A DNA stretch of 39,635 nt from IMG/VR virus record IMGVR_UViG_3300045988_045810, positions 1 through 39,635 of that record; one strand, given 5' to 3'. Below the pieces are notes generated by a model that was not told the DNA's origin, searched no databases, and saw nothing but the letters and a program-made list of their open reading frames with translations. This document shows positions 1 to 9,976 of the stretch, one piece after another. Source of the DNA: a virus. Within the stretch, counting starts at the first letter, position 1. Each line of letters begins with the position of its first letter. A program made the position numbers and the translations under genes.

Positions 1-99
1 CGCGCCGGAAAAGGCGGGGAAGAAGCACGTCGAGGTGACCGATGAGGAGCGTCGTGAGGCTTTGGAGTCGATGAGCAGCATCTTCGGCTTCAAAAAAAG
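1..99. repeat. Terminal overlap, identical to 39537-39635 (circular assembly closure)
   Basis: Base-by-base comparison of both ends gives 99/99 identity. The junction lies inside a reading frame. Confidence 0.95.
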
Positions 100-106
100 T
101 GAATAG
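2..106 (+). CDS. 3' end of the tail assembly chaperone -1 frameshift product (continues from 39280..39635 across the junction)
   Basis: The open frame ...APEKAGKKHVEVTDEERREALESMSSIFGFKKSE ends at TAG 104-106. It is the same frame as 39280 onward. Confidence 0.6.
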   Translation, partial: APEKAGKKHVEVTDEERREALESMSSIFGFKKSE

Positions 107-117
107 AGGAGGCTGTC

Positions 118-3100
118 ATGGCTGGCGGTAGTGAGCTTGGTTCCGCGCATGTGAGCATTTTCCCGCAGATGAAGGGCTTCCGCCAGAATGTGGCCAAGGA
201 GACCGGCAAGGCCGTCTCCGACATGAAAAACTCCTTCACGAAGGGTTTCAATGGCGCGCAGAAGGGCAAGCAGATCGGCAGCGCCTTCAAAAGCGGTTTC
301 AACAGTGGTGCGGCCGAGCTGAATTCCGAAGCCCTGAAGTCCTTTAAAAAGGACGTGGCGCAAGCCTCGCAGAAGAATACGGACGCCTTGCTGAAATTCA
401 AGGCGGCTGGCGTGCAGGTGCAGGCCGCGCAGGAGAAGCTGAACGCGGCCACACAGAAATATGGTGCGGACAGCACGCAGGCTCAGGCTGCGGCCATCAA
501 ACTCGAACAAGCTCAAATCAAACAGAAGACGGCGGCTGACAATCTCAAGGCGGCGTCCGACAACCTCAAGACGGCGCAAGGACGGCTCAAGGACCTCGAA
601 ACGCAATTGGCGGCCGAATCCGACAAGTCCAAGAATGCGTTCAGCCGTATGGCTTCCGGCTTTACCTCAACGGCACAGCAGATCGTCGGTAAGATTCCAG
701 GCGTGAACGCGGCGGTGCAGAAGATCAGTTCGACGGCTGGCGAGGTCACGTCCAACATCAAAAGCAAGTTTTCGGCTGCTTGGAATGCGCTGCCGGAGGG
801 TGCGCGTAATGCTGCCGCGAAGGCCGGCAGCGCCTTGCATTCTGGCTTGAGCAAAGCGTCCGGCTTCGCGTCGAAGGCCGTGTCCGGCATCGGCAAGGCC
901 GCGAAGGGCATGGCCACCGTCGTGTCCGGCGCCGCTGCCGCCGCTGGCGGATATCTGGTGAATTTCGGCAAGCAGGCCGTGGATGCGGCCCTCAAGGCCG
1001 GTGAGGTGACCGCGAAATTCCAGCAGGTCGCCAAGAACAATAACTGGAGTGATGAAGAGCAGAAGTCGCTGCTCAGCCTGAATAAGACGCTTGGACAGAC
1101 CGGCGTCATATCCGGTGGCACCTTGAAGGCCGCTCAGGCACAGCTCGGCACTTTCGCGCTGACCGCCGATCAGGTCAAGACCTTGACGCCCGCTTTGGCC
1201 GACATGATCGCCAACAACAAGGGCTATAACGCGACGGCTCAGGATGGCGTGCAGATCGCGAATCTGCTCGGCAAGGTCATGACCGGCAGCGCCACGGCAC
1301 TGTCGAAATATGGCGTGACGATGACCGACGCGCAGAAGAAGGTCTTGCAGGAGGGGTCGGCGTCCGAGAAGGCCGCTATGGCAGCGCAGGTTCTGGAAGC
1401 TAATTTCGGTGGCATCAACAAGGCCCTTGCGGAGACTCCGCAGGGCAAGATGACCATACTGCAGCATGAGATCGCCGGGTTGAAGACTTCGGTCGGCAAT
1501 GATCTCATCGCGGCGTTCGGCGGGGTCGGCGGCGCGGTCATCAAGATGGTGCAGGCCGTCGAACCGCTCATCACCGCGTTTTTTGATAAGGTGGCGTCGC
1601 TGGCCGAGAAGATCGGTCCACCCTTGGAAAAGGTGTTCGGTGCTGTCGCTGACAAGATTGGCAAGCTTGATTTCAGTGGCTTTGCCAAGAGTCTTGGCTC
1701 ACTGTCCGGGCCTATCGCGGCTGTGACCGGCTTGCTGGGTGCGGCTGGTCTTGGCGGCGCTTTGAGCGGATTGAGTGGCGTGCCGATCATCGGCAGCATG
1801 TTTGGCAGCTTGGGCAAAGTGCTCGGTGGTCTTGGTGGTCCTATCACTTTGGTGATTGGCGCTCTGGCGGGATTGATTGCCACGAGCCCACAGCTCCGCA
1901 GCGAATTCGGCACGATGCTCAAGAATGTCTTCGTCAGCTTGCAGCAGGCATTCCAAATGCTTCAGCCGTCAATTCAGACGCTGATGAAGGCTTTCAATCA
2001 GTTGTCTCAGGCTCTGATTCCGGTGCTTGCCCAAATCATTCCGCTTCTGACGCCGATAATCTCGACGCTGATAGGAGCTATGGTTCCGGCCATTCAAGGC
2101 ATCTTGACCGTGGTGACCACGGTGGTGCAGGCATTGGTCCCGATTATCCAGGGACTCGCGCCAGTAGTGACCGTCGTGCTGACTGCCATCACGTCCGCGA
2201 TACAGTCGCTGACGCCGATTATTTCGCAGATCAGCAGTCTGGTTGTCAATCTGGTCTCGACTGTTGTCGTTCCATTGATTCAGCAATTGGCCCCTATCGT
2301 GACTAGTGCGTTGACTGGCATTGCCTCAGTCGTGCAGGGTCTTGCTCCGATAGTGTCGGCGGTAATTTCCGCAATCATTGGTTTCATTCAAAATACGCTT
2401 TTCCCGGCAATTCAGGTAATGACGCCTTTCATCCAAGGCGTCATTGGTTCCGTCCAGCTCATACTTCAAGGCGCGATGACATTCATTCAAGGTGTCATCA
2501 ACGTTGTCTCCAGTCTCATTTCTGGAGATTGGCGGCAGGCGTTTGAGGGATTCCAACAGATTGTCAAGGGTGCCGTGGAAACGGTGCTTGGCATTATTGG
2601 TGGCATCGGGAGCGCGATTATGGGCATCTTTTCCGGTGCTGCCACATGGCTTTTGACTGCCGGCGCGTCAATCATCGGCGGACTGATTTCCGGCATCACA
2701 AGCGCCATGAATGTCCTTGGTGGTTTTCTCGGAAGCATCAGAGGGCACATCTCCGGCTTCTTCTCCGGTGCCGGTTCTTGGCTCATCAGTGCTGGCAAGG
2801 CCATTCTTAGTGGCTTGCTGAGGGGCTTGATGTCGGCATTCGGTCCGGTCGCAAGCTTTGTGAGCGGTATCGGTGACTGGATTGTCAAGCATAAGGGTCC
2901 GCTCAGCTACGACAAGGTGATGTTGCGTCCTGCTGGTCAGGCGATCATGCAGGGCTTTGACAAGAGCCTTAAGGCTGGCTGGAAGGACGTGCAGCGCACT
3001 GTCAATGGCATGAATGCGCAGATCAATGGCGGTTTCGATGTGGATGCGTCGAAGTCGGGGCGCGCGAATGTCAGCAACGGCGGTGGTTCGACCACGTATG

Positions 3101-3189
3101 TCCAGCAGACCTTCAATTATCCGGCGATCGCTCCGACGAGCATCAGCACGCAGCAACGATTGCAGACGGCGGCAATGCCGCAATGGTGA
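118..3189 (+). CDS. Tail tape measure protein
   Basis: 1023 aa, directly after the chaperone pair. Ala/Lys/Gln coiled-coil N-terminus and a long hydrophobic Gly/Ala/Ile/Val repeat core. SD GAGGAGG lies 7 nt upstream. Confidence 0.9.
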   Translation: MAGGSELGSAHVSIFPQMKGFRQNVAKETGKAVSDMKNSFTKGFNGAQKGKQIGSAFKSGFNSGAAELNSEALKSFKKDVAQASQKNTDALLKFKAAGVQVQAAQEKLNAATQKYGADSTQAQAAAIKLEQAQIKQKTAADNLKAASDNLKTAQGRLKDLETQLAAESDKSKNAFSRMASGFTSTAQQIVGKIPGVNAAVQKISSTAGEVTSNIKSKFSAAWNALPEGARNAAAKAGSALHSGLSKASGFASKAVSGIGKAAKGMATVVSGAAAAAGGYLVNFGKQAVDAALKAGEVTAKFQQVAKNNNWSDEEQKSLLSLNKTLGQTGVISGGTLKAAQAQLGTFALTADQVKTLTPALADMIANNKGYNATAQDGVQIANLLGKVMTGSATALSKYGVTMTDAQKKVLQEGSASEKAAMAAQVLEANFGGINKALAETPQGKMTILQHEIAGLKTSVGNDLIAAFGGVGGAVIKMVQAVEPLITAFFDKVASLAEKIGPPLEKVFGAVADKIGKLDFSGFAKSLGSLSGPIAAVTGLLGAAGLGGALSGLSGVPIIGSMFGSLGKVLGGLGGPITLVIGALAGLIATSPQLRSEFGTMLKNVFVSLQQAFQMLQPSIQTLMKAFNQLSQALIPVLAQIIPLLTPIISTLIGAMVPAIQGILTVVTTVVQALVPIIQGLAPVVTVVLTAITSAIQSLTPIISQISSLVVNLVSTVVVPLIQQLAPIVTSALTGIASVVQGLAPIVSAVISAIIGFIQNTLFPAIQVMTPFIQGVIGSVQLILQGAMTFIQGVINVVSSLISGDWRQAFEGFQQIVKGAVETVLGIIGGIGSAIMGIFSGAATWLLTAGASIIGGLISGITSAMNVLGGFLGSIRGHISGFFSGAGSWLISAGKAILSGLLRGLMSAFGPVASFVSGIGDWIVKHKGPLSYDKVMLRPAGQAIMQGFDKSLKAGWKDVQRTVNGMNAQINGGFDVDASKSGRANVSNGGGSTTYVQQTFNYPAIAPTSISTQQRLQTAAMPQW

Positions 3190-3213
3190 CACACAAGTGA
3201 AAAGGGTGGTGCA

Positions 3214-4119
3214 ATGATTCTCACGGATTATCTCATCAATGGTCAGCAGCTGACCGGTGAGCATTCGAACCTGATAGTCGGCACCACCCATTTCACGAGC
3301 ATCAGCCCGCGCATTAATTCCGTCACGGTGAATGGTCGGAGTGGTGTGATGCTTCCTGCTGGCCCACTGGCTTTCGGCGCGCCGGAAATCACGCTGAAAT
3401 TCATCACGAATGGGCCTGATGCGGATACTCTGATGCACCGCTTCTACCGCTTGTGCCGTTTGGCTTCCAAGCTGACGCGCGTGGAGCGTGACACGGTGTC
3501 CGGTTGGACTCGGCGCATGACCGCCAGCGCGGTGTGCACGTCATGTCAGCCGGACGGTGACGAGATTCCGTGGGATGACCACCGCGCGGCCACCGCCGTC
3601 TTCCAATTGCCTGACGTTTATTGGCAGGGGGAGCAGTGGCAGGAGCGCACCTTGGACGCGACTGGCGGGCGTCTCATGGCCGGTAGTGTCGATAAGCCCA
3701 GCAACAAGGGGTATTGGACGCGCTGGGCTGGATTGCCGAACGCCTCGCCCTCGCAGCTTTTCGACACCATCCCCGGTGGCTGGCTGTCCAATGCACCACT
3801 CACCGCGCTGGCATTGCGTTTCGGTGCCGCAACCGCCGTCACGATCAGTGACCCGATAAGTGGCACGAATCTGCTGTGGGGTGGCAAACGCGACGCCTCA
3901 CGACCTTATCTTTTCGTCGATGTGGCCAATCGCAAGGCGTGGACGGCTGCCAACGCCGACGCATGGTCAGGCGGCACGGATGTGACGTCCGGCGTCGACT
4001 GGACCACCGAGCCACTGCAGGTGTGGCCCGCGATCGATTCCGGCGATTATCGCCTCGCAATCAAACAGACCGGCGGCACCGACAAGGTGGTCTGCCGGTT
4101 TTTGCAATCCTGGGAGTGA
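3214..4119 (+). CDS. Distal tail protein (Dit-like), called by position
   Basis: 301 aa, immediately after the tape measure. SD AAGGGTGG. Carries a YWTRWAGLPNASPS motif shared with the fibre. Confidence 0.55.
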   Translation: MILTDYLINGQQLTGEHSNLIVGTTHFTSISPRINSVTVNGRSGVMLPAGPLAFGAPEITLKFITNGPDADTLMHRFYRLCRLASKLTRVERDTVSGWTRRMTASAVCTSCQPDGDEIPWDDHRAATAVFQLPDVYWQGEQWQERTLDATGGRLMAGSVDKPSNKGYWTRWAGLPNASPSQLFDTIPGGWLSNAPLTALALRFGAATAVTISDPISGTNLLWGGKRDASRPYLFVDVANRKAWTAANADAWSGGTDVTSGVDWTTEPLQVWPAIDSGDYRLAIKQTGGTDKVVCRFLQSWE

Positions 4120-4122
4120 TTC

Positions 4123-7100
4123 ATGGCAAAGTCCCTTCATGCCCGTCTCGTGGCCTATCGTCCGTTCGGCGCGCGTATCGGCGTCCTTGCGGATCCGGTG
4201 AGCTTCAGCGCGTCGATGCTCCACGATGATGACGGCGCAATCAGCATTGAATATTCCATGCTTTCCGGTGACGCGCAGGCGTTCGACCGTGAGCTGACGG
4301 ACGGGCTGGAAGTGGCCGTGGAGGTGTCGGACGGCACCGGTTATAGGGAGCCGGACAATGCTCGCTATGTCATCACTGGGCGCAGCGGCAAGACGGACGA
4401 CCGTACCAAGACCGTCACCTATTCCGGCCAGTCGATCAGTTGGCTCCTGAGCAAGGCGGAGAACAACGATTCCAGCCATCTGCTCGCGGACGGTGACAAC
4501 AAGGGCAAGAGGCCCTTCTATTCGTCGAATCCGGGTGTGATTCTCAAGACCCTGTTGGACGAGAACAAGGCGCGTGGCGGCGTGGCCACCGGCCTGACGC
4601 TCGGCTTCGATACCGCGAGGGACGCGGGCGGCGAGGCATGGGCGAGGAAGTACACGCTTTACTATTCCTTGGGCACCGACCTGCAGACCATTCTCAGCTC
4701 GCTGGTCAACGGCGGCGGCTGCGACTGGCGCACCAGCGGGCGCACCTTGAAAATGTGGAACGCCGACAGCACGACATTGAGCCGTGACCTGAGCAAGAGC
4801 GTCGTGCTCCAGCTTGCTCGCGATATCAGCGAGGCGCCATTTGAGGAGTCCATCGCGGATTTGGCCAGCACCATCCTTGTCGAGGGTGACAATAATCTGC
4901 TTTTCCGCATGGATAATCCGGCCGCGCCGACACCGTGGGGCAAGTGGGAGTCCTACAGCTCGCAGGGTGGCGTGTCCGATAAGGACACTGCCCAGGCCTT
5001 TATGCAGTCCACGCTTGATGATGCGGCTCGTGTGCGTGGTCAGTACACGCGCGACTTGGTGACCGCGAATGTGGATAATCTGCCGCTCATCGACTATCGC
5101 GTCGGTGACTGGATCACCGCGCCCACCGTTTCGCACGGGGAGAAGGTGCGCGTGCAGGAAATCGACCTGAGCATGCGCCAGAATGAGGGACTATCCTGCT
5201 CAATCGCTCTGAATGATATCAAGTATGATGCCTCGGTCAGGCAGGCGAAGAAGATAAAGGGCATTACCGGTGGCGCGGCATTGGCTGGCAGTGAGAGCGG
5301 CACCACTGTCTCCACTGACCATGATCATCGCGTGCCTAAAGCGCCGCTCGGCCTTGTGGTGCAAACTGATGCGTATATCGGCAGCGACGGTTTCGCCCAC
5401 GGCTTGGCCACCGCCATGTGGTCCGCAGTGACCGAAGCCACGAATAACACGGCCATTGAGATCAGCAATTACGCCATCGAGTGGCGCAAGCATGTGGACG
5501 GTGCGCCGTGGCATGCCGCCGGCGCTACCGACAAGCTCCAGCTCGGCTTCGGCAACCTGGACTGCGGCACTCAGATCGAGGTTAGGGTACGCGCCGTGCC
5601 GACATATTCCGACAAGCTGGGTGATTGGTCGGCTGTCGTGGTGGCCACCGTCGAATCCGATACGACGCCGTGCTCAGTGCCCTCCGAGCCGACAGTCTCA
5701 TCCAAGCTAGGCGTGGTCACCGTCCACTGGGACGGCAGGACCTCCACCGGGGCGCGGATGGAGCCGGACTTCGACCATATCGAAGTAGGCGAAGGCGCTA
5801 CCGCTGCTGGAATGCGCATCATCAGCGCCTCTCAGGCCGGCCAAGGCGATTACCTCATCACCGGTCTGACCGCAGGCTCGCAGCACTCCTATGCTTTGCG
5901 TTCCGTGGACCATGCGGGCAACCGCTCCGACTGGTCTGCGATTGCCACTGTGACCGTGGCGTCCGCCGTGTCGCCTGATGAGGTCAAGCAGATTCAAAAG
6001 GATTTGGCTGACAATCAGACGGCTTTGAAGGATAATGCGGCGAAGCTGACGCAGGCGCAGAAGGACATCCAAGCCAACAAGTCTAATCTTGACGCGGCGT
6101 CCAAGTCGCTCGCCCAGGCGCAGACCGACCTGACGCAGGCCCGGAAGGATATCGCGCAGACCAAGAGCGACCTGACCGCCGCGAATGGCGAGATCAGCAC
6201 GGCGAAGGAGTCGGCGGCGCAGGCGTATGCCGAAGCACATTCGAAGAATCACACTTTCCGTGGGCCTGACGAGCCGAAGGACAATCTGATTGTCGGTGAC
6301 TTGTGGCTCAAGACGCAAAAGTATTGGACGAGGTGGCAGGGAGAGAAGAACGCCTCACCGAGCCTCTTGGCTGACTTCTACACGTACTGGCAGGGCGCGC
6401 CTAACGCCTCGCCCAGCGTGCTTGTGCCATTGTCTGATCGCGTGATTGACACGCTTGTCTGGGATGGTGCCGCTTGGAACCACATGGGCTATGCCGACGT
6501 GGAGCGCAATGCCGACGAAATCGCTCAGGCGAAGTCCGACATCGCGGATAACGCCGCGAAGACCACCGACGCGAAGAAGGCTGCTGAGAATGCCACTGCC
6601 GCAGCGAAAAACGCGCAGGGCGCGGCTGACACGGCCAATGGTGCAGCGAAGACCGCTCAGGACACCGCCAATGCTGCTACTGCTGCTGCGAAAAGTGCGA
6701 CCGCGACCGCCGGTCAGGCCAAGGATGCCGCCAATGCCGCACAGACCGCAGCCGAATCTGCGAAGAAGACCGCTGGCAATGCGGAGACGCTGGCTAACAC
6801 CGCCAACGCTTCGGCCAATGCTGCCAAGACGGACGCGGCCAATGCCAAGACCACTGCTGCCAATGCGTCGAGCGTGGCGACTCAGGCCAAGGCCACCGCC
6901 GATAGCGCGGCCCAGTCCGCCACCGATGCGGCCAATGCAGCCCAGAAGGCCAATACCGCAGCAGCTGCCGCCGCTGGCGTGGCGAACGGCAAGGCCGACG
7001 TGCTGATCCAGAGCACGGCGCCGGATACGTCGATGCGCAAGGCTTCGACCCTCTGGATTGACACCACGAATGGTGCGAACACGCCGAAAAGGTGGAATGG

Positions 7101-8991
7101 TAGTGCTTGGGTGGCTGTGACCGATAAGGCCGCGACCGACGCCGCGAACGCCGCCGTCAAGGCCAATACGGCTGCGAAGACCGCGCAGGATACGGCAGAC
7201 AAGGCCAATATTGCTGCCGCTAATGCCGCGTCTCAGGCGAATCAGGCTCAGGCCGCCGCGAAAAAGGCGCAGACCACCGCGGATGGCAAGAATCTGATCT
7301 ACCGTGGCCCCGACGAGCCGAATCATGATGGCTTGAAGCCGGGGGACATGTGGTGGCGCACGCAGAAGTATTGGACGAGGTGGAAAGGCGAGAAAAACAA
7401 CTCACCGAGCCTCTTGGCCGACTTCTACACCTACTGGCAGGGCGCTCCGAACAACAGTCCGAGCGTCTTGGTGCCCTTGTCCGATCGTGTGGTGGAAGTC
7501 CTTACGTGGGATGGTACGCGCTTCGAGCCTTTTGACCTCGTGGCGAACAACATCCTCGCGTCTGGAACCGTGGCCGCGAAGCATCTCGCCGTGGATTCCG
7601 TGACCGCCGAGAAGGTCAAGGCCAATGCCATCACGGTGGACAAGCTGGCCGCGAATTCGGTCACGACTGAAAAGCTGGTGGCTGACGCGGTGACCGCCGC
7701 GAAACTCGCCGCCAACTCGGTGCAGGCGCGAAATATCGTCGCACTGTCCATCACGTCCGACAAGATTGCCGCCAATTCCGTGACAACTGGCAAGCTCAAG
7801 GTCACGGAAGACATGACCGTGGCGCTGCTCAACGTCCACAAGATTCAAGCGGGCGACATCGCCGCCAATGCCGTGACCACTGCCGCTTTGGCTGCTGGCG
7901 CGGTAAACGCCGACAAGCTGGCCGCTAATTCGGTCAATGCGTCCAAGATTGTGACTGGTGCCATCACAGCCGACAAGCTGGCGGCAAACAGTGTGACGGC
8001 CGTCAAGATCGCGGCTGGCACCATCACGTCCGACAAGGTGGCGGCAGGCCAGTTCCGAGGCTACGTGTTCACCGGCGCCGTCTTCCAGAGCTCCGAGGCC
8101 AAGAACACCGGCATGAAGCTCAATAGCACGGCCTTGCAAATGTGGGACAGCAATCACAACCGCACCGTCTACCTGGACGGCGAGGGGAAGAGCAATGTGC
8201 TGACCGGCACGTTCCAAACCCGCACGAGCGGGCACAGGGTGCGTATCAGTCCGGATTATCAGACCTACATCATCGGCGGATCTGAGACTTTCACCGGTGA
8301 TGGCATCGAATTTCCGGCTTACAACGGGTCCACCGCCTACTTTTCGCATCCGGCCATTGCTTCTGTCATCCAGTCGAATCAGGTCGGCTCGATGGGCGAA
8401 CTGGACTTGTGGAGCGGACACGTGAGCAAGAACGACCCCGCCGCGTTCATGTCTCTCAGATCGAAGCCGCGCAAGAAAGGCGGTACCGGCAGCGGCGGCG
8501 TCACATCCAGAGTGCATGCCGTGGCGAACACGGATTACGACGAGCCGGACGAGAGCAAGAAAAGCAGCGCTTACCTCACTCTGTCCGGCGATAGCGCGAA
8601 CGGTTCGAAGTGCTGGCTCGGAGCGCAAGACGCGAACGGCGAGGTCGGAGTCGGCGCGAACATCGGCACCGGATACCTGCATCTCGGCGGCTATCTCGGC
8701 GGCATCACGAACCGTTTTACATTCCAGGCCCAGACTGCGTGGAAGGCGTGGTATCCGAATCCCGGCCAGAGCATCGCGAACGGCGCATCAATGCAAGTCA
8801 ACTGCACGCTCAGCCCGACGAAATACGGCCACTATTACGTCGTCGCGAACGCGGATTCGCAATGGGCGGGCATCATCGCGCACCCATGCAACACGGGCGG
8901 GCAGAGCGGCTTCCAACTGAAGCTTTACAACGCCGACCAGCCTTGCCCGGTCGACGTGTACGCCGAATACCTCGCCTATCTGGTCAAATGA
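4123..8991 (+). CDS. Tail-tip / host-specificity fibre protein (Tal-like N-terminus, FN3-like segment, coiled coil, repeat-rich C-terminal region)
   Basis: 1622 aa, third gene after the chaperones. FN3-like HWDG...YALRSVDHAGNRSDWS, an Ala/Asn/Thr/Lys-rich coiled coil, and a run of ANSVTxxKL-type repeats. Confidence 0.85.
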   Translation: MAKSLHARLVAYRPFGARIGVLADPVSFSASMLHDDDGAISIEYSMLSGDAQAFDRELTDGLEVAVEVSDGTGYREPDNARYVITGRSGKTDDRTKTVTYSGQSISWLLSKAENNDSSHLLADGDNKGKRPFYSSNPGVILKTLLDENKARGGVATGLTLGFDTARDAGGEAWARKYTLYYSLGTDLQTILSSLVNGGGCDWRTSGRTLKMWNADSTTLSRDLSKSVVLQLARDISEAPFEESIADLASTILVEGDNNLLFRMDNPAAPTPWGKWESYSSQGGVSDKDTAQAFMQSTLDDAARVRGQYTRDLVTANVDNLPLIDYRVGDWITAPTVSHGEKVRVQEIDLSMRQNEGLSCSIALNDIKYDASVRQAKKIKGITGGAALAGSESGTTVSTDHDHRVPKAPLGLVVQTDAYIGSDGFAHGLATAMWSAVTEATNNTAIEISNYAIEWRKHVDGAPWHAAGATDKLQLGFGNLDCGTQIEVRVRAVPTYSDKLGDWSAVVVATVESDTTPCSVPSEPTVSSKLGVVTVHWDGRTSTGARMEPDFDHIEVGEGATAAGMRIISASQAGQGDYLITGLTAGSQHSYALRSVDHAGNRSDWSAIATVTVASAVSPDEVKQIQKDLADNQTALKDNAAKLTQAQKDIQANKSNLDAASKSLAQAQTDLTQARKDIAQTKSDLTAANGEISTAKESAAQAYAEAHSKNHTFRGPDEPKDNLIVGDLWLKTQKYWTRWQGEKNASPSLLADFYTYWQGAPNASPSVLVPLSDRVIDTLVWDGAAWNHMGYADVERNADEIAQAKSDIADNAAKTTDAKKAAENATAAAKNAQGAADTANGAAKTAQDTANAATAAAKSATATAGQAKDAANAAQTAAESAKKTAGNAETLANTANASANAAKTDAANAKTTAANASSVATQAKATADSAAQSATDAANAAQKANTAAAAAAGVANGKADVLIQSTAPDTSMRKASTLWIDTTNGANTPKRWNGSAWVAVTDKAATDAANAAVKANTAAKTAQDTADKANIAAANAASQANQAQAAAKKAQTTADGKNLIYRGPDEPNHDGLKPGDMWWRTQKYWTRWKGEKNNSPSLLADFYTYWQGAPNNSPSVLVPLSDRVVEVLTWDGTRFEPFDLVANNILASGTVAAKHLAVDSVTAEKVKANAITVDKLAANSVTTEKLVADAVTAAKLAANSVQARNIVALSITSDKIAANSVTTGKLKVTEDMTVALLNVHKIQAGDIAANAVTTAALAAGAVNADKLAANSVNASKIVTGAITADKLAANSVTAVKIAAGTITSDKVAAGQFRGYVFTGAVFQSSEAKNTGMKLNSTALQMWDSNHNRTVYLDGEGKSNVLTGTFQTRTSGHRVRISPDYQTYIIGGSETFTGDGIEFPAYNGSTAYFSHPAIASVIQSNQVGSMGELDLWSGHVSKNDPAAFMSLRSKPRKKGGTGSGGVTSRVHAVANTDYDEPDESKKSSAYLTLSGDSANGSKCWLGAQDANGEVGVGANIGTGYLHLGGYLGGITNRFTFQAQTAWKAWYPNPGQSIANGASMQVNCTLSPTKYGHYYVVANADSQWAGIIAHPCNTGGQSGFQLKLYNADQPCPVDVYAEYLAYLVK
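6319..6444 (+). repeat. Intragenic duplication, copy 1 (encodes KYWTRWQGEKNASPSLLADFYTYWQGAPNASPSVLVPLSDRV)
   Basis: Aligns along its length with 7366-7491, with scattered substitutions. Confidence 0.85.
7366..7491 (+). repeat. Intragenic duplication, copy 2 (encodes KYWTRWKGEKNNSPSLLADFYTYWQGAPNNSPSVLVPLSDRV)
   Basis: Aligns with 6319-6444, in the same reading frame of the same ORF. Confidence 0.85.
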
Positions 8992-9000
8992 TTGGAGGGA

Positions 9001-9570
9001 ATGTTGTCAGCGACTTTTGAAATGGATGATAACGGATTGTGTATCATCCGCTGCGATCCGCCGGTGAACGGGTCGGACAGTTTCGTCTTCCGGCCTGAGG
9101 TGATCGCATCGTGGAAGGCGCTGCTCGGATTGGCTTCGACCCGTGAGGCGGTAGCGGCGATCATGCAGGGCAAGGAGGATACAAGCCGATACGACCATGC
9201 CACCGGCAGGGGCGTGTGGACTGGAGCGTTCGAAGCGTTGGAATCCGCTTTGACGGATTCCGCGACCGGCGTGAGCATGATGTCCGACGATGGGGAAGTG
9301 TTGAATGACCCGCTGACCGCCGCACGCAACAGGACGCGTGAGGGCATGAATCTTCCGGTCATGTCGAATGAGACCGACGCGCGGATGTGCGCCGCATTGA
9401 CTGCTGACGGTTCCGGTGTGGAAGCGTCCAGCGGCATCGATGTGGCCTGCACGCGGGATATCGACGGATTGGACGCCTTCCTTGATGACGAGTCCAGCCA
9501 AAACATGTTGGACGAATGCGAGGAACGCTTCTACGAATCGCTCATGCCAAGACAAAACCAACAGAATTAA
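9001..9570 (+). CDS. Hypothetical tail-associated protein (start uncertain: TTG 8992 or ATG 9001)
   Basis: ORF follows the fibre gene on the same strand with high GC3. The GGAGGG just upstream is very close to the ATG. Confidence 0.55.
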   Translation: MLSATFEMDDNGLCIIRCDPPVNGSDSFVFRPEVIASWKALLGLASTREAVAAIMQGKEDTSRYDHATGRGVWTGAFEALESALTDSATGVSMMSDDGEVLNDPLTAARNRTREGMNLPVMSNETDARMCAALTADGSGVEASSGIDVACTRDIDGLDAFLDDESSQNMLDECEERFYESLMPRQNQQN

Positions 9571-9581
9571 GGAGATTGATT

Positions 9582-9899
9582 ATGGCCGATGAGACCACTG
9601 AAACCACTACCGCTGATACCACTACTGCCGTGACGCCCTCTGAGCCGTCCGGTGTGCTTGATTTGCGTCCGCCGAAGGAGTCGGTGCGCGCGGAATTGTG
9701 CCGTCTCGGATTGGAGTTTTCCAGCGCTGACGGCACCGCCGAATCGTGGCGCGACTACCAGCGTGGCGTGCTGGCCACGTTCGACGATACGGGCACGTCC
9801 GTGACGTTGACGGACGTGAAGACGAATCTCGGACGCACCCTCACACTCGACGAGCTTAAGGCCGTGACTCGTATCGACACGATGACCGCCGCCGACTAA
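9582..9899 (+). CDS. Hypothetical protein
   Basis: ATG preceded by AAGGAG (9568-9573). Thr-rich N-terminus. Last gene before a terminator. Confidence 0.6.
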   Translation: MADETTETTTADTTTAVTPSEPSGVLDLRPPKESVRAELCRLGLEFSSADGTAESWRDYQRGVLATFDDTGTSVTLTDVKTNLGRTLTLDELKAVTRIDTMTAAD

Positions 9900-9924
9900 C
9901 CCCGCTTTTCACCATTTTTTTCAA

Positions 9925-9958
9925 CCCCTGCAATCCACACGGATTGTGGGGGTTTCGC
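9925..9958 (+). terminator. Rho-independent terminator closing the tail operon
   Basis: CCCCTGCAATCC-acac-GGATTGTGGGGG forms a 12-bp stem (two G-U pairs) followed by TTTCGCATT. Confidence 0.6.
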
Positions 9959-9976
9959 ATTAAAAGGAGACTTATT

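Noticed and set aside
1-99. The 99-bp terminal duplication as a physical direct terminal repeat of the virion DNA.
   Set aside because: It falls in the middle of the chaperone frameshift reading frame. The phage also carries an HNH endonuclease next to the terminase genes, which is typical of cos-type packaging. The exact length suggests an assembler k-mer overlap.
6319-7491. The two ~126-bp near-identical segments in the fibre gene looked like a diversity-generating retroelement template/variable repeat pair.
   Set aside because: There is no reverse transcriptase anywhere in the window. Both copies are in frame inside the same ORF. Mismatches are of all types (C/A, G/A, A/C, T/C, G/C), not restricted to adenines of one copy.
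667-8682. Long antisense or alternative-frame ORFs within the tape measure and fibre genes (for example 667-1467, 3967-5136, 6355-7326 and 7402-8682 on the minus strand).
   Set aside because: They show typical high-GC shadow-ORF composition (Arg/Gly/His/Leu-rich) with no SD. They lie entirely inside strongly supported structural genes on the other strand. The same reasoning applies to 15243-16172 (antisense to int), 32912-34084 (antisense to the portal), and 29322-30161 and 29330-30154 (over the zinc-ribbon/HTH gene).
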